DNA of 32,000 nucleotides from Candidatus Spyradenecus sp. (lineage in GTDB: Bacteria; Verrucomicrobiota; Verrucomicrobiia; Opitutales; UBA953), in NCBI GenBank assembly GCA_045651325.1, contig JAZRSB010000021.1, positions 10,603 to 42,602 on the forward strand, in the 5' to 3' direction. Below the pieces are notes generated by a model. That model was not told the DNA's origin, did not search any database, and saw nothing but the letters and a program-made list of their open reading frames with translations. This document shows positions 1 through 8,303 of the stretch, piece by piece. The translations under genes and the position numbers were made by a program. Positions within the stretch are counted from its first letter, which is position 1; every line of letters starts with the position of its first letter.

Positions 1-1503
1 GAAGCCGTTCCACGAAGCGCTCAAATCGTTGCAACCGACGGTAACCGGACGGGTTTTGTCATATTTTTTGAACAGCGAAACGAGGTCTTTGGCGATTGCA
101 ATCCCGTCGCTTGCGCCCTGCTCGGCGATTTCGTTCCCGGCGGACCAGGCGATAACGCAGGCGTGATTACGGTCGCGCAGGACGAAATTGCGCACGTCGC
201 GTTCGCGCCAGTCATTCCAGAAAAGGTTATAGCCGTTGGCCTTGCCTTCTTTGAGATGTTTCCAACAGTCGAAAAGTTCGTTATCGACGAGAATACCCAT
301 GCGGTCGCAGAGTTCGAGCAATTCCGGCGCGGGCGGATTGTGCGCGGTCCGAATCGAATTCACGCCGAAGCTCTTCAGGATTTCTATCTGGCGTTCAATT
401 GCGCGCTTGTGGACGGCACCGCCGAGCGGCCCGAGGTCGTGGTGCTGGCAAACGCCCTTAATCTGCACGCGGCGTTCGTTCAGATAAAATCCGTCGGGCT
501 TCCATTCGGCCTTGCGCACGCCGAAAATCGTATCCTTGCGGTCGGTCGTCTTCCCGTCAATTTTGACCGTTGTCCGCAACACATAAAGCGACGGCGACAC
601 CACGTCCCAAAGCTTCGGATTATTCAGCGTAAATTCCGCATCCACCGTCTTCTGTGCGCCGGCGGAAACACTCGCTACGGGCAGCGTCTTGCTGACAAGC
701 GGCTTGTCCTTCTTGCCGACGAGCGGGTAAACGTCCTGAGTGATTTCCACTTTCACGGGCGCGCTTTCCGTATTGGCGACCGTCGTTGCAACGGCAATCT
801 TGGCACTGGCGGCGCGATAATCCTTCGGCGGTTTTCTGTCGTTGATTTTTTTGATGCCCTTAATTTCGGGAACCGTCACGAAAACACCCCAATGCGCAAT
901 ATGCACGGGATTTGCCTCCGTAATCCAAACGTGGCGGTAAATGCCCGCGCCCGGGTACCAACGCGTCGAGTTCTGTTTGTTTTCCGCACGCACGGCGACA
1001 ACGTTTTTCGCGCCGTACTTCAAATACTTCGTGATATCGACGCGGAACGAGTTGTAACCGTACTTCCACTCGCCGGCAAGCTGACCGTTGACATAGACCT
1101 GCGGCGTCATCATCACACCGTCAAAATCGAGAAAGAAGCGATTGCCCTTGGAGGCGGCGGGGACGGAAAACTCCTTACGATACCAACCGACGGCGTCCCA
1201 CGGCAACGAGGCCGTCTGATTCGGTTTATGCGGCAGAAAACGGCTTTCCACGCCCCAATCGTGCGGGAGGTCGAGCTTGCGCCACTTGCCGTCGGAGTAA
1301 CCGGGCTTGGCCGCTTCCGCACCGGGATCGTTAGCCGCCAAGCATTGCTCGTCTCCGCCGAACTTCGCGAAACGCCAGTCGAAGTCAAAGGTCTGGCGGA
1401 CGCCCGGTTTCCCGAGCTTGAGATATTTATCTTCCGCAAAAAGCGTCCCCGCAACGGGAACCAGCAGGATAGACGCGAGTGCAAGGGGCTTGAGAAAATT
1501 CAT
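1..1503 (-). CDS. Glycoside hydrolase family 2 (beta-galactosidase/beta-glucuronidase-like), secreted; first 501 codons only, 3' end beyond window edge
   Basis: Absent from the ORF track because it runs off the edge. Hand translation of the minus strand from ATG at 1503 gives MNFLKPLALASILLVPVAGTLFAEDKYLKLG... (signal peptide). GH2 hallmarks follow: LPHDWGVE, WYRKEF, FDGVMMTPQVYVNG, GAGIYRHVWI, NSIRTAHNPPAPELLELCDRMGILV, NHACVIAWSAGNE. It stays in frame to position 1. The listed 163..1509 (+) ORF is its antisense shadow. Confidence 0.85.
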   Translation of the reverse strand, partial: MNFLKPLALASILLVPVAGTLFAEDKYLKLGKPGVRQTFDFDWRFAKFGGDEQCLAANDPGAEAAKPGYSDGKWRKLDLPHDWGVESRFLPHKPNQTASLPWDAVGWYRKEFSVPAASKGNRFFLDFDGVMMTPQVYVNGQLAGEWKYGYNSFRVDITKYLKYGAKNVVAVRAENKQNSTRWYPGAGIYRHVWITEANPVHIAHWGVFVTVPEIKGIKKINDRKPPKDYRAASAKIAVATTVANTESAPVKVEITQDVYPLVGKKDKPLVSKTLPVASVSAGAQKTVDAEFTLNNPKLWDVVSPSLYVLRTTVKIDGKTTDRKDTIFGVRKAEWKPDGFYLNERRVQIKGVCQHHDLGPLGGAVHKRAIERQIEILKSFGVNSIRTAHNPPAPELLELCDRMGILVDNELFDCWKHLKEGKANGYNLFWNDWRERDVRNFVLRDRNHACVIAWSAGNEIAEQGASDGIAIAKDLVSLFKKYDKTRPVTVGCNDLSASWNGF

Positions 1504-1575
1504 ACATGAAAGCATATCGCGCACGGTACGGCGCGTCCACGCTATTTTCTCGCCCGGAAGGCCCCGGAGCCCCTG

Positions 1576-2262
1576 TTACTTCCGCTCTCTCAGCAGCTTT
1601 TCGACGGGCAAGCCGGTCGCGCGAGCCAGTCCGCGCATGAAAATCCAAAGCGCCGCCGTAATGAAAACCATACACGGAAGTACGATGACCGGCCAGGACA
1701 ACGAAAGCATTTTCCCGAGCTCCGCATTGAAGGCTTCGAGGTCGCTTGCGGGATCGCTGACGACAATCCAGCGCGCGAGCCAGAAATTCAACACGGCGCT
1801 AAGGACGAAAGACGCCACCAGGAGCCACGACGCCCGTTTCAGCGAACGTCCCAAATCGTCCTGTGTCCCGCGGGAGATACAAGCGGCACGAATCGCCTCC
1901 GTATCAAAAATTTTTTCGTTAAACAAAATCTTATCGCCCATCTTCCGGGAAAACACCAAGGCTACGGCAATCAGCGCCGGAATGAGGGCTTCCTTGACGG
2001 CCACCCAAAGCGGAGAAAGCTGCATCAGGCCGACACCGCCCGTCAGCAAAGTCCCCGCAAAGCCCAAAATCGAAATCCAATTGGCTTCGCGGCGGCGGAC
2101 GTAGTCGTAAAAGAAATAACCGCACGGAAACGCAAGGGCGATAACCAGGCGCCACGCCGGCGGAATTTGCGGGAACCAGTCTCCGCCTTTCGAAAGAATG
2201 AGTGCGGGAACGGCGATGTTCGCCGCAAGGCTCAACCAGGCATTTTCGGATTTTTGCTCCAT
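1576..2262 (-). CDS. Polytopic inner-membrane protein, VC0807-like / septation-protein-A-like family (function unknown)
   Basis: ORF 1576..2373 trimmed to the ATG at 2262 (MEQKSENAWLSLAANIAVPALILSK...). It has several hydrophobic helices. Motifs recalled from the VC0807-type family are ALAFPCGYFFYDYVRRR, LLTGGVGL, KEALIPALI and FNAELGKM. The upstream extension of the track ORF is Arg/Cys-rich and overlaps the tkt terminator. Confidence 0.6.
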   Translation of the reverse strand: MEQKSENAWLSLAANIAVPALILSKGGDWFPQIPPAWRLVIALAFPCGYFFYDYVRRREANWISILGFAGTLLTGGVGLMQLSPLWVAVKEALIPALIAVALVFSRKMGDKILFNEKIFDTEAIRAACISRGTQDDLGRSLKRASWLLVASFVLSAVLNFWLARWIVVSDPASDLEAFNAELGKMLSLSWPVIVLPCMVFITAALWIFMRGLARATGLPVEKLLRERK

Positions 2263-2325
2263 GGAAAACGATAAAAACAGCTTCACGGCTCCGATGCAAC
2301 GCGAAGGCGACGGACAAACGACAAT

Positions 2326-2362
2326 AAAAAACCTTCCCGCCGCAGAACGGGGGAAGGTTTTT
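2326..2362 (-). terminator. Rho-independent terminator downstream of tkt
   Basis: Plus strand reads AAAAAACCTTCCCGCCGCAGAACGGGGGAAGGTTTTT. This is a GC-rich stem (ACCTTCCC.../...GGGAAGGT) flanked by an A-run and a T-run. On the minus strand the stem is followed by TTTTTTATTG, 20 nt after the tkt stop. Confidence 0.6.
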
Positions 2363-2381
2363 CGGAGCAACAAAGCTCAGA

Positions 2382-4367
2382 TTAGCGGCAAGCGGCAACC
2401 AAATTGTCAACCGACATACCCATCGCTTCGAGCACGACATTGCCGGGAGCGGAGAAGCCGAAGCTGTCCGTGCCCAGAACCTTGCCGTTGAGTCCGACGT
2501 ATTTCCACCACATTGTCGAAATACCGGCTTCAATCGCGATGCGATTCGTGCAGGCGGCGGGAAGCACTTCTTCGCGGTATTCCGGAGCCTGCTTGTCGAA
2601 GATTTCCATCGACGGCATGGAGACGACACGCGTTCCGGCGCCGAGCTGTTCCGCTGCCGCAACCGCCAACTGCAATTCGCTGCCCGTCGCGATGATGATG
2701 CGTTCGAGCGCCGCCGTTTCTTTCACGGCAATATAAGCGCCCTTCAAGGTGCCCGCACGACGCGTCGCCGCCGGAATCATTTCCAGCGCGGGGACGTTCT
2801 GGCGGGAAAGGCAAAGCGCAACCGGACCGTCCTTGCGGGCAACGGCGTATGCATAAGCCGCAGCCGTTTCTTCCGAATCCCCCGGACGAATAACGTCGAG
2901 ATTGGGAATGCAACGCAACGACGAAACGAGTTCCACCGGCTGGTGCGTCGGACCGTCTTCACCGACGGCGACGGAATCGTGCGTCAGAACGTAGTAAACC
3001 GGGAGCTTCGCGAGTGCGGAGACGCGGACGGCACCGCGTGCGTAGTCGATGAAGGTCAGGAAGGTCGAGGCCATCGGCTTGAAGATGCCGTAATAGCCGA
3101 TACCGTTCGTGATTGCAGCCATCGCGTGTTCGCGAATGCCGTAGAAAATATTGCGTCCCGCCGGCGTTTCGACATCGAAGTCGCCGCCGTCCTTGATATA
3201 GGTTTTGACGGAGGAGAAGAGGTCTGCCGAACCGGCGAGCATGAGCGGGTTCTGCTTGGCGAGTGCATTGAGTGCCGCTTCGCCGGAAACGCGCGTGGCA
3301 TTGTTGTTGGCTCCGAATTCGGGGATGAGTTCAAGGAGCGCTTCGGCAGTCCCGTGGTCGCCGGCAACGCCCTTGTCGAGAAGGGCGGCGAGTTCCGGAT
3401 TTGCGGTCTGCCACGCGGCAAAGGTCTTTCCCCAAGCCTGATAAGCGTCTTCACGGCGTGCGGCAAGCGCAGCAAAGTATTCGCGTGTTTCCGGGGAGAC
3501 GTAGAAGCGTTCTTCCGGAAGGCCCCAACCCTTGCGCGCCGCGTCCGCGAACTTCGCGCCGCCTTCGCCGTGCGCCTTGGTCGTTCCCTCAACTTCGGCG
3601 ACGCCCTTACCGATGAGCGTCTTGCAAACGATGATTTTCGGGCGGCCGTTCTTGTGCGACTTCGCGTCTTCGTAAACGCGAATCAAATCCGCGATATTGT
3701 GCCCGTCTTCCAAAAGCCAGGCATCCCAACCGGCCGCCTGGAAACGGAGCATCGTATCTTCGCGCTGGGTTTTATCCGCCGGGGCGTCGAGCGTAATGTC
3801 GTTGGCGTCGTAGAAAAGAATCAGGTTGTCGAGGCCGAAACGCGCCGCAAAGGAAGCCGCTTCATAAGAGATGCCTTCCTGCAGGCAACCGTCTCCGCAG
3901 AGGCCGACGACGACGTGGTCAAAAATCTTGTGTTCTTCGGTATTGAACTTCGCGGCCGCCATCTTTTCGGCGAGAGCCATCCCGACAATATTGCCGATAC
4001 CCTGACCGAGCGGTCCCGTTGTTGCCTCGATACCGGGCGTATCGCCGAATTCGGGGTGACCGGGCGTGAGGCTGCCGCGCTTGCGGAAGGCCTTCAGGTC
4101 GTCCAACGAAATTGCAAAGCCCGCCAAATGCAACCACGCATAGCTGAACATGCTCCCGTGCCCGGCGGAGAGCACGAAACGGTCGCGATTGATCCATTTC
4201 GCATGCTTGGGAGCAACGTTCAGGCAACGGCCGAAGAGCGCCGCGCCGATTTCGGCAGCGCCGAGCGGAAGCCCCATGTGCCCGGACTTGCAGCCGGCAA
4301 TTGCGTCGATAGCCAAACCGCGGGCCTCATCGGCCGCGCGCGTCAATGCGTTAATTTCAGTGGTCAT
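2382..4367 (-). CDS. tkt: Transketolase
   Basis: ORF 2382..4523 trimmed to the ATG at 4367 (MTTEINALTRAADEARGLAIDAIAGCKSGHMGLPLGAAE...). Classic transketolase motifs are SGHMG, RDRFVLSAGHGS, GPLGQGI, GDGCLQEG, THDSVAVGEDGPTHQP. The 52-codon N-terminal extension in the track would overlap the tRNA-Gln gene and its terminator. Confidence 0.95.
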   Translation of the reverse strand: MTTEINALTRAADEARGLAIDAIAGCKSGHMGLPLGAAEIGAALFGRCLNVAPKHAKWINRDRFVLSAGHGSMFSYAWLHLAGFAISLDDLKAFRKRGSLTPGHPEFGDTPGIEATTGPLGQGIGNIVGMALAEKMAAAKFNTEEHKIFDHVVVGLCGDGCLQEGISYEAASFAARFGLDNLILFYDANDITLDAPADKTQREDTMLRFQAAGWDAWLLEDGHNIADLIRVYEDAKSHKNGRPKIIVCKTLIGKGVAEVEGTTKAHGEGGAKFADAARKGWGLPEERFYVSPETREYFAALAARREDAYQAWGKTFAAWQTANPELAALLDKGVAGDHGTAEALLELIPEFGANNNATRVSGEAALNALAKQNPLMLAGSADLFSSVKTYIKDGGDFDVETPAGRNIFYGIREHAMAAITNGIGYYGIFKPMASTFLTFIDYARGAVRVSALAKLPVYYVLTHDSVAVGEDGPTHQPVELVSSLRCIPNLDVIRPGDSEETAAAYAYAVARKDGPVALCLSRQNVPALEMIPAATRRAGTLKGAYIAVKETAALERIIIATGSELQLAVAAAEQLGAGTRVVSMPSMEIFDKQAPEYREEVLPAACTNRIAIEAGISTMWWKYVGLNGKVLGTDSFGFSAPGNVVLEAMGMSVDNLVAACR

Positions 4368-4389
4368 CTCGAATAAATTAAAACGTAAG

Positions 4390-4419
4390 TTTATACCGTT
4401 CCGGAGCCTTCCGTGCGAA
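4390..4419 (-). promoter_or_regulatory. Possible sigma70-type promoter for tkt
   Basis: Minus strand reads TTCGCA-18 nt-TATAAA (plus coordinates 4414..4419 and 4390..4395). It lies between the tRNA terminator and the tkt ATG. Hexamer match only. Confidence 0.25.
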
Positions 4420-4440
4420 CATTTTTTAACGGGAAAGCAC

Positions 4441-4467
4441 AAAAAAGTCCCGTACGGCGTACGGGAC
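4441..4467 (-). terminator. Rho-independent terminator of the tRNA-Thr/tRNA-Gln unit
   Basis: Minus strand reads GTCCCGTAC-GCC-GTACGGGAC (perfect 9-bp stem) followed by TTTTTT, 9 nt after the tRNA-Gln CCA end. Confidence 0.8.
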
Positions 4468-4475
4468 TTCAAAAG

Positions 4476-4550
4476 TGGTTGCCCGACCAGGATTCGAACC
4501 TGGACTAAATGAGTCAGAGTCATTGGTGCTGACCGTTACACTATCGGGCA
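4476..4550 (-). tRNA. tRNA-Gln (anticodon CUG), CCA encoded
   Basis: Hand-folded cloverleaf, 75 nt. Acceptor is TGCCCGA/TCGGGCA (U1-A72, typical of bacterial tRNA-Gln). Anticodon arm is AATGA-CTCTGAC-TCATT with anticodon CTG. T arm is CCAGG-TTCGAAT-CCTGG, followed by discriminator A and CCA. Confidence 0.9.
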
Positions 4551-4559
4551 ATGTTAAAC

Positions 4560-4634
4560 TGGAGCCAGAAGTCAGGATCGAACTGACGACCTATCGCTTA
4601 CAAGGCGATTGCACTACCACTGTGCTATTCTGGC
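4560..4634 (-). tRNA. tRNA-Thr (anticodon UGU), CCA encoded
   Basis: Hand-folded cloverleaf, 75 nt. Acceptor is GCCAGAA/TTCTGGC and D stem is GCAC/GTGC. Anticodon arm is ATCGC-CTTGTAA-GCGAT with anticodon TGT. T arm is GTCAG-TTCGATC-CTGAC, followed by discriminator T and CCA. Confidence 0.9.
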
Positions 4635-4679
4635 CTCCGGCATCTCGCCTTTCCGTTCGGAAAAGCAAAATAGGGTTTT

Positions 4680-4709
4680 GATAATTTCATTTTCCCGCAC
4701 ACGCGTCAA
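4680..4709 (-). promoter_or_regulatory. Possible sigma70-type promoter for the tRNA-Thr/Gln unit
   Basis: Minus strand reads TTGACG (4709..4704), an 18-nt spacer, then ATTATC (4685..4680), about 45 nt upstream of the mature tRNA-Thr 5' end, in an AT-rich divergent intergenic region. Confidence 0.3.
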
Positions 4710-4775
4710 CCCAATTCATTCGGAAAAATGAAAATTATTTCACGCCTCCAAAAATCTCTTCGAGAAAATTTACCA

Positions 4776-4803
4776 TTGAAAAAAAAGCGGCATTCGATAG
4801 GAT
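4776..4803 (+). promoter_or_regulatory. Possible sigma70-type promoter for the PEGA/SHOCT lipoprotein gene
   Basis: TTGAAA (4776..4781), a 16-nt spacer, then TAGGAT (4798..4803), about 48 nt upstream of the ATG at 4852. Hexamer match only. Confidence 0.25.
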
Positions 4804-4851
4804 TTTGGGAAACTTATTACTTTCTAAAAAAGCTACAACCCGAAATCACTT

Positions 4852-5589
4852 ATGAACCTCAACCTCATTAAATACTTGTCTCTGTCGGCTTTTTGTGCGG
4901 CCGCAGCCGGTTGCGCAAGCTATGACAACTCCGTCCGACAGGAAGTTACTTTCTATTCGGAAGACACTCCCGCAGTGACCGTCTCCCTCAACGGACAGGT
5001 CCTCGGCGAAACGACATGTTCGGCGGTTCTCGACCGTGCGGCAAGCTACACGGTGGAATTTTCCAAGCCGGGTTACATCACGGCAACCTACGACCTGGTC
5101 CCCTTCGCGGACCCGGATACGGGTATCGCCGCCTTCGTAGACGAAGTTTATTGCCCGGAACTCGAAGTCGCTCCGGTAGCCGAAGCCGTCCCGGCGGAAG
5201 AACCGGCCGTAGAGGTTGAACCCGCGGTCGAACCGGTCGCCGAAGAACCGGAAGTCGAACCGGCAACGGAAGAGGAAGTTGTCCCGGCGGAAGAACCGGA
5301 AGTTCCCGCAGAAGAGGAAGCGGATCCGGAAGTCGCTCCGGCAGAGTCCGAACCGGCAACGGAAGAAGAAGCTGTCCCGGCGGAAGAACCGGCCGTAGAA
5401 GAACCGGTCGCCGCTGAAGAAGTTCGCCCCCTCCCGCTCCCGGTTCCGGTTGTTGAAACGCGCACTTTGGCCGAAATCGAAGCCGAACTCATGGAACTCA
5501 AGCGTCTCCGCAAGTTGAACCTTATCTCCGCGGAAGAATTCGACAAGCGCACGGCAGAACTCGCCGACGAAGTCAATCGAATCTACTAA
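4852..5589 (+). CDS. Lipoprotein with an N-terminal PEGA-like domain, an acidic Pro/Glu/Ala/Val repeat linker and a C-terminal SHOCT-like helix
   Basis: The signal peptide ends ...CAAAAGC|ASYD (lipobox-like AAGC). The PEGA-type beta domain is VTFYSEDTPAVTVSLNGQVLGETT...YTVEFSKPGYITATYDL. About 100 aa of (E/P/A/V) repeats follow. The C terminus LAEIEAELMELKRLRKLNLISAEEFDKRTAEL fits the SHOCT pattern. Confidence 0.7.
   Translation: MNLNLIKYLSLSAFCAAAAGCASYDNSVRQEVTFYSEDTPAVTVSLNGQVLGETTCSAVLDRAASYTVEFSKPGYITATYDLVPFADPDTGIAAFVDEVYCPELEVAPVAEAVPAEEPAVEVEPAVEPVAEEPEVEPATEEEVVPAEEPEVPAEEEADPEVAPAESEPATEEEAVPAEEPAVEEPVAAEEVRPLPLPVPVVETRTLAEIEAELMELKRLRKLNLISAEEFDKRTAELADEVNRIY
5160..5420 (+). repeat. 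In-frame tandem repeat, 93-bp (31-codon) period, inside the lipoprotein gene
   Basis: GTCCCGGCGGAAGAACCGG occurs at 5188, 5281 and 5374, exactly 93 bp apart. GAACCGGCAACGGAAGA(G/A)GAAG(T/C)TGTCCCGGCGGAAGAACCGG occurs at 5257 and 5350. The repeat encodes EPATEEE(V/A)VPAEEP... Confidence 0.85.
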
Positions 5590-5606
5590 TCCGGAGTTCA
5601 AACCCG

Positions 5607-5640
5607 AACGCCCTCGTGTGAATCCACGAGGGCGTTTTTG
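5607..5640 (+). terminator. Rho-independent terminator after the lipoprotein gene
   Basis: AACGCCCTCGTG-TGAATC-CACGAGGGCGTT followed by TTTTT, 18 nt after the stop codon. Confidence 0.8.
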
Positions 5641-5685
5641 TTAAAAAGAATCGCACCCGACGCTCCGGCATTATATGTTCGTTCC

Positions 5686-7536
5686 ATGAAATCGTTCCTC
5701 AAGTCCTTTTTCGCGAGCTACTTCGGCTCCTGCCTCGGAATCGCGACACTCGCAGGCCTCCCGTTTCTCCTCGTAATTTTAGCCCTCTGCTCCCTCGTTT
5801 CCGAAAGCGTCTCCGGCAACGCCGCGCCGCTTCGCCCCGGAAGCTTTCTCGTCATCGATCTTTCCCGCGGTTTTTCGGACCACCCGACGTTCAGCGCCTA
5901 CAACCGCAACGACACCCTGCTCTCCCAAGGATACGGCGCTTACGGCTTGCTCGACACGCTCCTCGCCATCGCCGAAGCCAAAAAAGACCCGAAAATTTCG
6001 GGCATTTTCCTCTCGGGCGCAGACTGTCCCGCCGGGCTTCCCACACTTGAGGAACTGCGGAAAGCGCTGAGCGATTTTCGCCGGTCCGGGAAACCGGTCC
6101 TCGCCTATCTTCCCTCGCCGACTCTCGGGAATTATTTTCTCGCAAGCGCCGCGAACAAAATCTGGATTCACCCGCTTGCCGAAATTCCCCTTAACGGCCT
6201 TAGCTCGGACGGTATTTATTTCAAAAAAGCACTCGAAAATATCGGCATCGGCATTCAAATCGTCAAAGTCGGCAAATTCAAGGCCGCCGTGGAGCCGATG
6301 ATTGCGGACACGATGAGCGACGAAGACCGCCGCCAACGGGAAACCGTCCTTCGCACGCAGTGGAATTGTATTCTCGACGGCATTGCGAGCGGACGGGAAA
6401 TTGCGCCGGAATTACTTGAGGATCTCTCCGAGCGGGACGGCTTCGTCGATGCTCAAAATGCGCTGGAACAGCGGCTCGCCGACACGGCATTTTACAAGGA
6501 CCAGGTTATCGGCGCCGTTTGCACCTTCGGTATCCCCGACGACCGGATTAATTCTTTCCGCCAAATCGACCTCGCCGATTACATTGAGCAAAAATCGATT
6601 GCCGCCATCCCCGCTCTCAACGAAGCTCCGGCGGATGTCGAAAACCAAATCGCCGTCGTCTATGCCGAGGGCGAGATTGTTGACGGCTACGGAGCCATCG
6701 ACAATGTCGGCGGAGAACGCCTCGCCGAGATGATTCGCGACCTGCGCGCCAATCCGAATGTCCTCGCCGTCGTCCTGCGCGTCAACAGCCCCGGCGGGTC
6801 CGTGTTTGCCAGCGAACAAATCCGCAGAGAGCTGGAATTGGCCGCACAGGCAATGCCCGTTGTCGTATCGATGGGCGACGTCGCGGCAAGCGGCGGTTAC
6901 TGGATTTCCACGCCGGCACAAAAAATCTTCGCCGACTCGACCACCGTCACGGGCTCCATCGGCGTTTTCGGCGTGTTGCCCAACCTCGAAGCGCTCGGCA
7001 ACAAAATCGGGATCTCTACAGCCGCGATTACCAGCGCGCCGCTTGCGGAACTCGGGACAATCCGCCGCCCGCAAACCCCGCGGGAACTCGCGGTTTTCCA
7101 AAAATCGGTGGACAACATTTACGAGCGCTTCACCCGGCTCGTTGCCCAAAGCCGCAAGCTCCCGCAGGCCCGCGTAAAAGAACTCGCCGAAGGTCGTATC
7201 TGGGACGGCAACACCGCCAAGCAGCACGCGCTGGTGGACGAAATCGGCGGGCTGGCAGCTGCGATCAATTATACCCGCAAGCTCTTGGACACCCCGAACG
7301 CACAATTGTGCCAGTACCCGGGCGCGGTCAATCCCTATCAGCCGCTTGCGGATGCCCTCGCAGCTCCGGAAAACGCTCCTTTCATTTTCGCCGCCCGTAC
7401 GCTCGGGGAAAAGAATTCGCCGACCGAAACGCTCTCCCGCGAATTCAAAACGCTCTGGAAAAACCTGCGCGCACTCAACGATCCGAACTGCATCTACGCA
7501 CGCCTTCCCTGGGATTTTACGACGGAAACCCGATAA
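5686..7536 (+). CDS. sppA: Signal peptide peptidase SppA, 67K (two-domain) type, S49 family
   Basis: ORF 5638..7536 trimmed to the ATG at 5686 (MKSFLKSFFASYFGSCLGIATLAGLPFLLVILAL, a TM anchor). The track start overlaps the upstream terminator. There are two ClpP/crotonase-like halves. S49 motifs are VLRVNSPGGSVFASE and GDVAASGGYWISTPAQKIFADSTTVTGSIGVFG. Confidence 0.9.
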   Translation: MKSFLKSFFASYFGSCLGIATLAGLPFLLVILALCSLVSESVSGNAAPLRPGSFLVIDLSRGFSDHPTFSAYNRNDTLLSQGYGAYGLLDTLLAIAEAKKDPKISGIFLSGADCPAGLPTLEELRKALSDFRRSGKPVLAYLPSPTLGNYFLASAANKIWIHPLAEIPLNGLSSDGIYFKKALENIGIGIQIVKVGKFKAAVEPMIADTMSDEDRRQRETVLRTQWNCILDGIASGREIAPELLEDLSERDGFVDAQNALEQRLADTAFYKDQVIGAVCTFGIPDDRINSFRQIDLADYIEQKSIAAIPALNEAPADVENQIAVVYAEGEIVDGYGAIDNVGGERLAEMIRDLRANPNVLAVVLRVNSPGGSVFASEQIRRELELAAQAMPVVVSMGDVAASGGYWISTPAQKIFADSTTVTGSIGVFGVLPNLEALGNKIGISTAAITSAPLAELGTIRRPQTPRELAVFQKSVDNIYERFTRLVAQSRKLPQARVKELAEGRIWDGNTAKQHALVDEIGGLAAAINYTRKLLDTPNAQLCQYPGAVNPYQPLADALAAPENAPFIFAARTLGEKNSPTETLSREFKTLWKNLRALNDPNCIYARLPWDFTTETR

Positions 7537-7544
7537 TCACCGCC

Positions 7545-8282
7545 ATGCCTACACTCGCCCAACAAGTCATCGACGCGACGCGCGAACTCTCCGACGCCGT
7601 CTCCGCCCTCCGTTTTTCGGATCCCGTCGCCTACGTTTACAATCCGCTCGAATATGCGCGGGAAACCCACGAAGCGTTTCTTGAGCGCTACGCGGCCAAC
7701 AAAAAGCGCGTCATTTTCATCGGAATGAATCCCGGCCCCTTCGGCATGGCTCAAACCGGCGTGCCGTTCGGCGAAATTGATGCCGTCCAAAACTGGCTGG
7801 GCATCTTCGGATTTGTCGGTCACCCCGAGCGTGAACACCCCGCCAAACCGGTTGAAGGCTTCGCCTGCAAGCGCTCGGAAGTCAGCGGAAGAAGGCTTTG
7901 GGGGCTGTTTAAGGAACGTTTCGTTACCCCGGAACGCTTCTTTGAAGAACACTTTGTCACGAATTTCTGCCCCTTGCTCTTTACGGCAGATAATCCCCGC
8001 GGAAAAAATCTCACGCCGGAAGACCTCGTCCCCGAAGAACGCAACGCCGTGCTCGCGCCCTGCGACACATTTCTGCGCCGGCTGACGGAATTGCTTGAGC
8101 CGGAATGGCTCGTCGGCGTCGGCGCCTTCGCTCAAAAGGCCGCCATGCGGGCCTGCGACGGTCTTCCCGTAAAATATTCGACCGTCATCCACCCGTCTCC
8201 CGCCTCGCCGCTCGCCAATAAGGGCTGGGCGGAGAACGCCTCGGGTGCGCTCGTCCGCAACGGCATCTGGCCCGCCGCCTAA
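7545..8282 (+). CDS. SMUG1-type (family 3) uracil-DNA glycosylase
   Basis: ORF 7308..8282 trimmed to the ATG at 7545 (MPTLAQQVIDATREL...), 8 nt after the sppA stop. It carries the near-canonical SMUG1 motifs GMNPGPFGMAQTGVPFGE and HPSPASPLANKGW. By recollection, colinear similarity to vertebrate SMUG1 runs along the whole length. Confidence 0.85.
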   Translation: MPTLAQQVIDATRELSDAVSALRFSDPVAYVYNPLEYARETHEAFLERYAANKKRVIFIGMNPGPFGMAQTGVPFGEIDAVQNWLGIFGFVGHPEREHPAKPVEGFACKRSEVSGRRLWGLFKERFVTPERFFEEHFVTNFCPLLFTADNPRGKNLTPEDLVPEERNAVLAPCDTFLRRLTELLEPEWLVGVGAFAQKAAMRACDGLPVKYSTVIHPSPASPLANKGWAENASGALVRNGIWPAA

Positions 8283-8303
8283 TTTTTCATTTCCTGTATC
8301 CCT

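Noticed and set aside
163-1509. 448-aa plus-strand ORF listed in the track
   Set aside because: It is the antisense shadow of the GH2 gene that I translated on the minus strand (1..1503). The product is Arg/Val/Phe-rich with no recognisable motif, whereas the opposite strand gives textbook GH2 motifs and a signal peptide.
4368-4523. 52-codon N-terminal extension of the transketolase ORF
   Set aside because: It would overlap tRNA-Gln and its terminator. Transketolase homology starts at MTTEINAL (ATG at 4367).
5016-5576. Several 60-142-aa ORFs in other frames and strands over the lipoprotein repeat region (for example 5148..5576 -, 5078..5359 -, 5216..5398 +)
   Set aside because: They are artefacts of the triplet-periodic GAA/CCG repeat, which is open in every frame. 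Only the 4852..5589 frame has a signal peptide and flanking PEGA and SHOCT domains.
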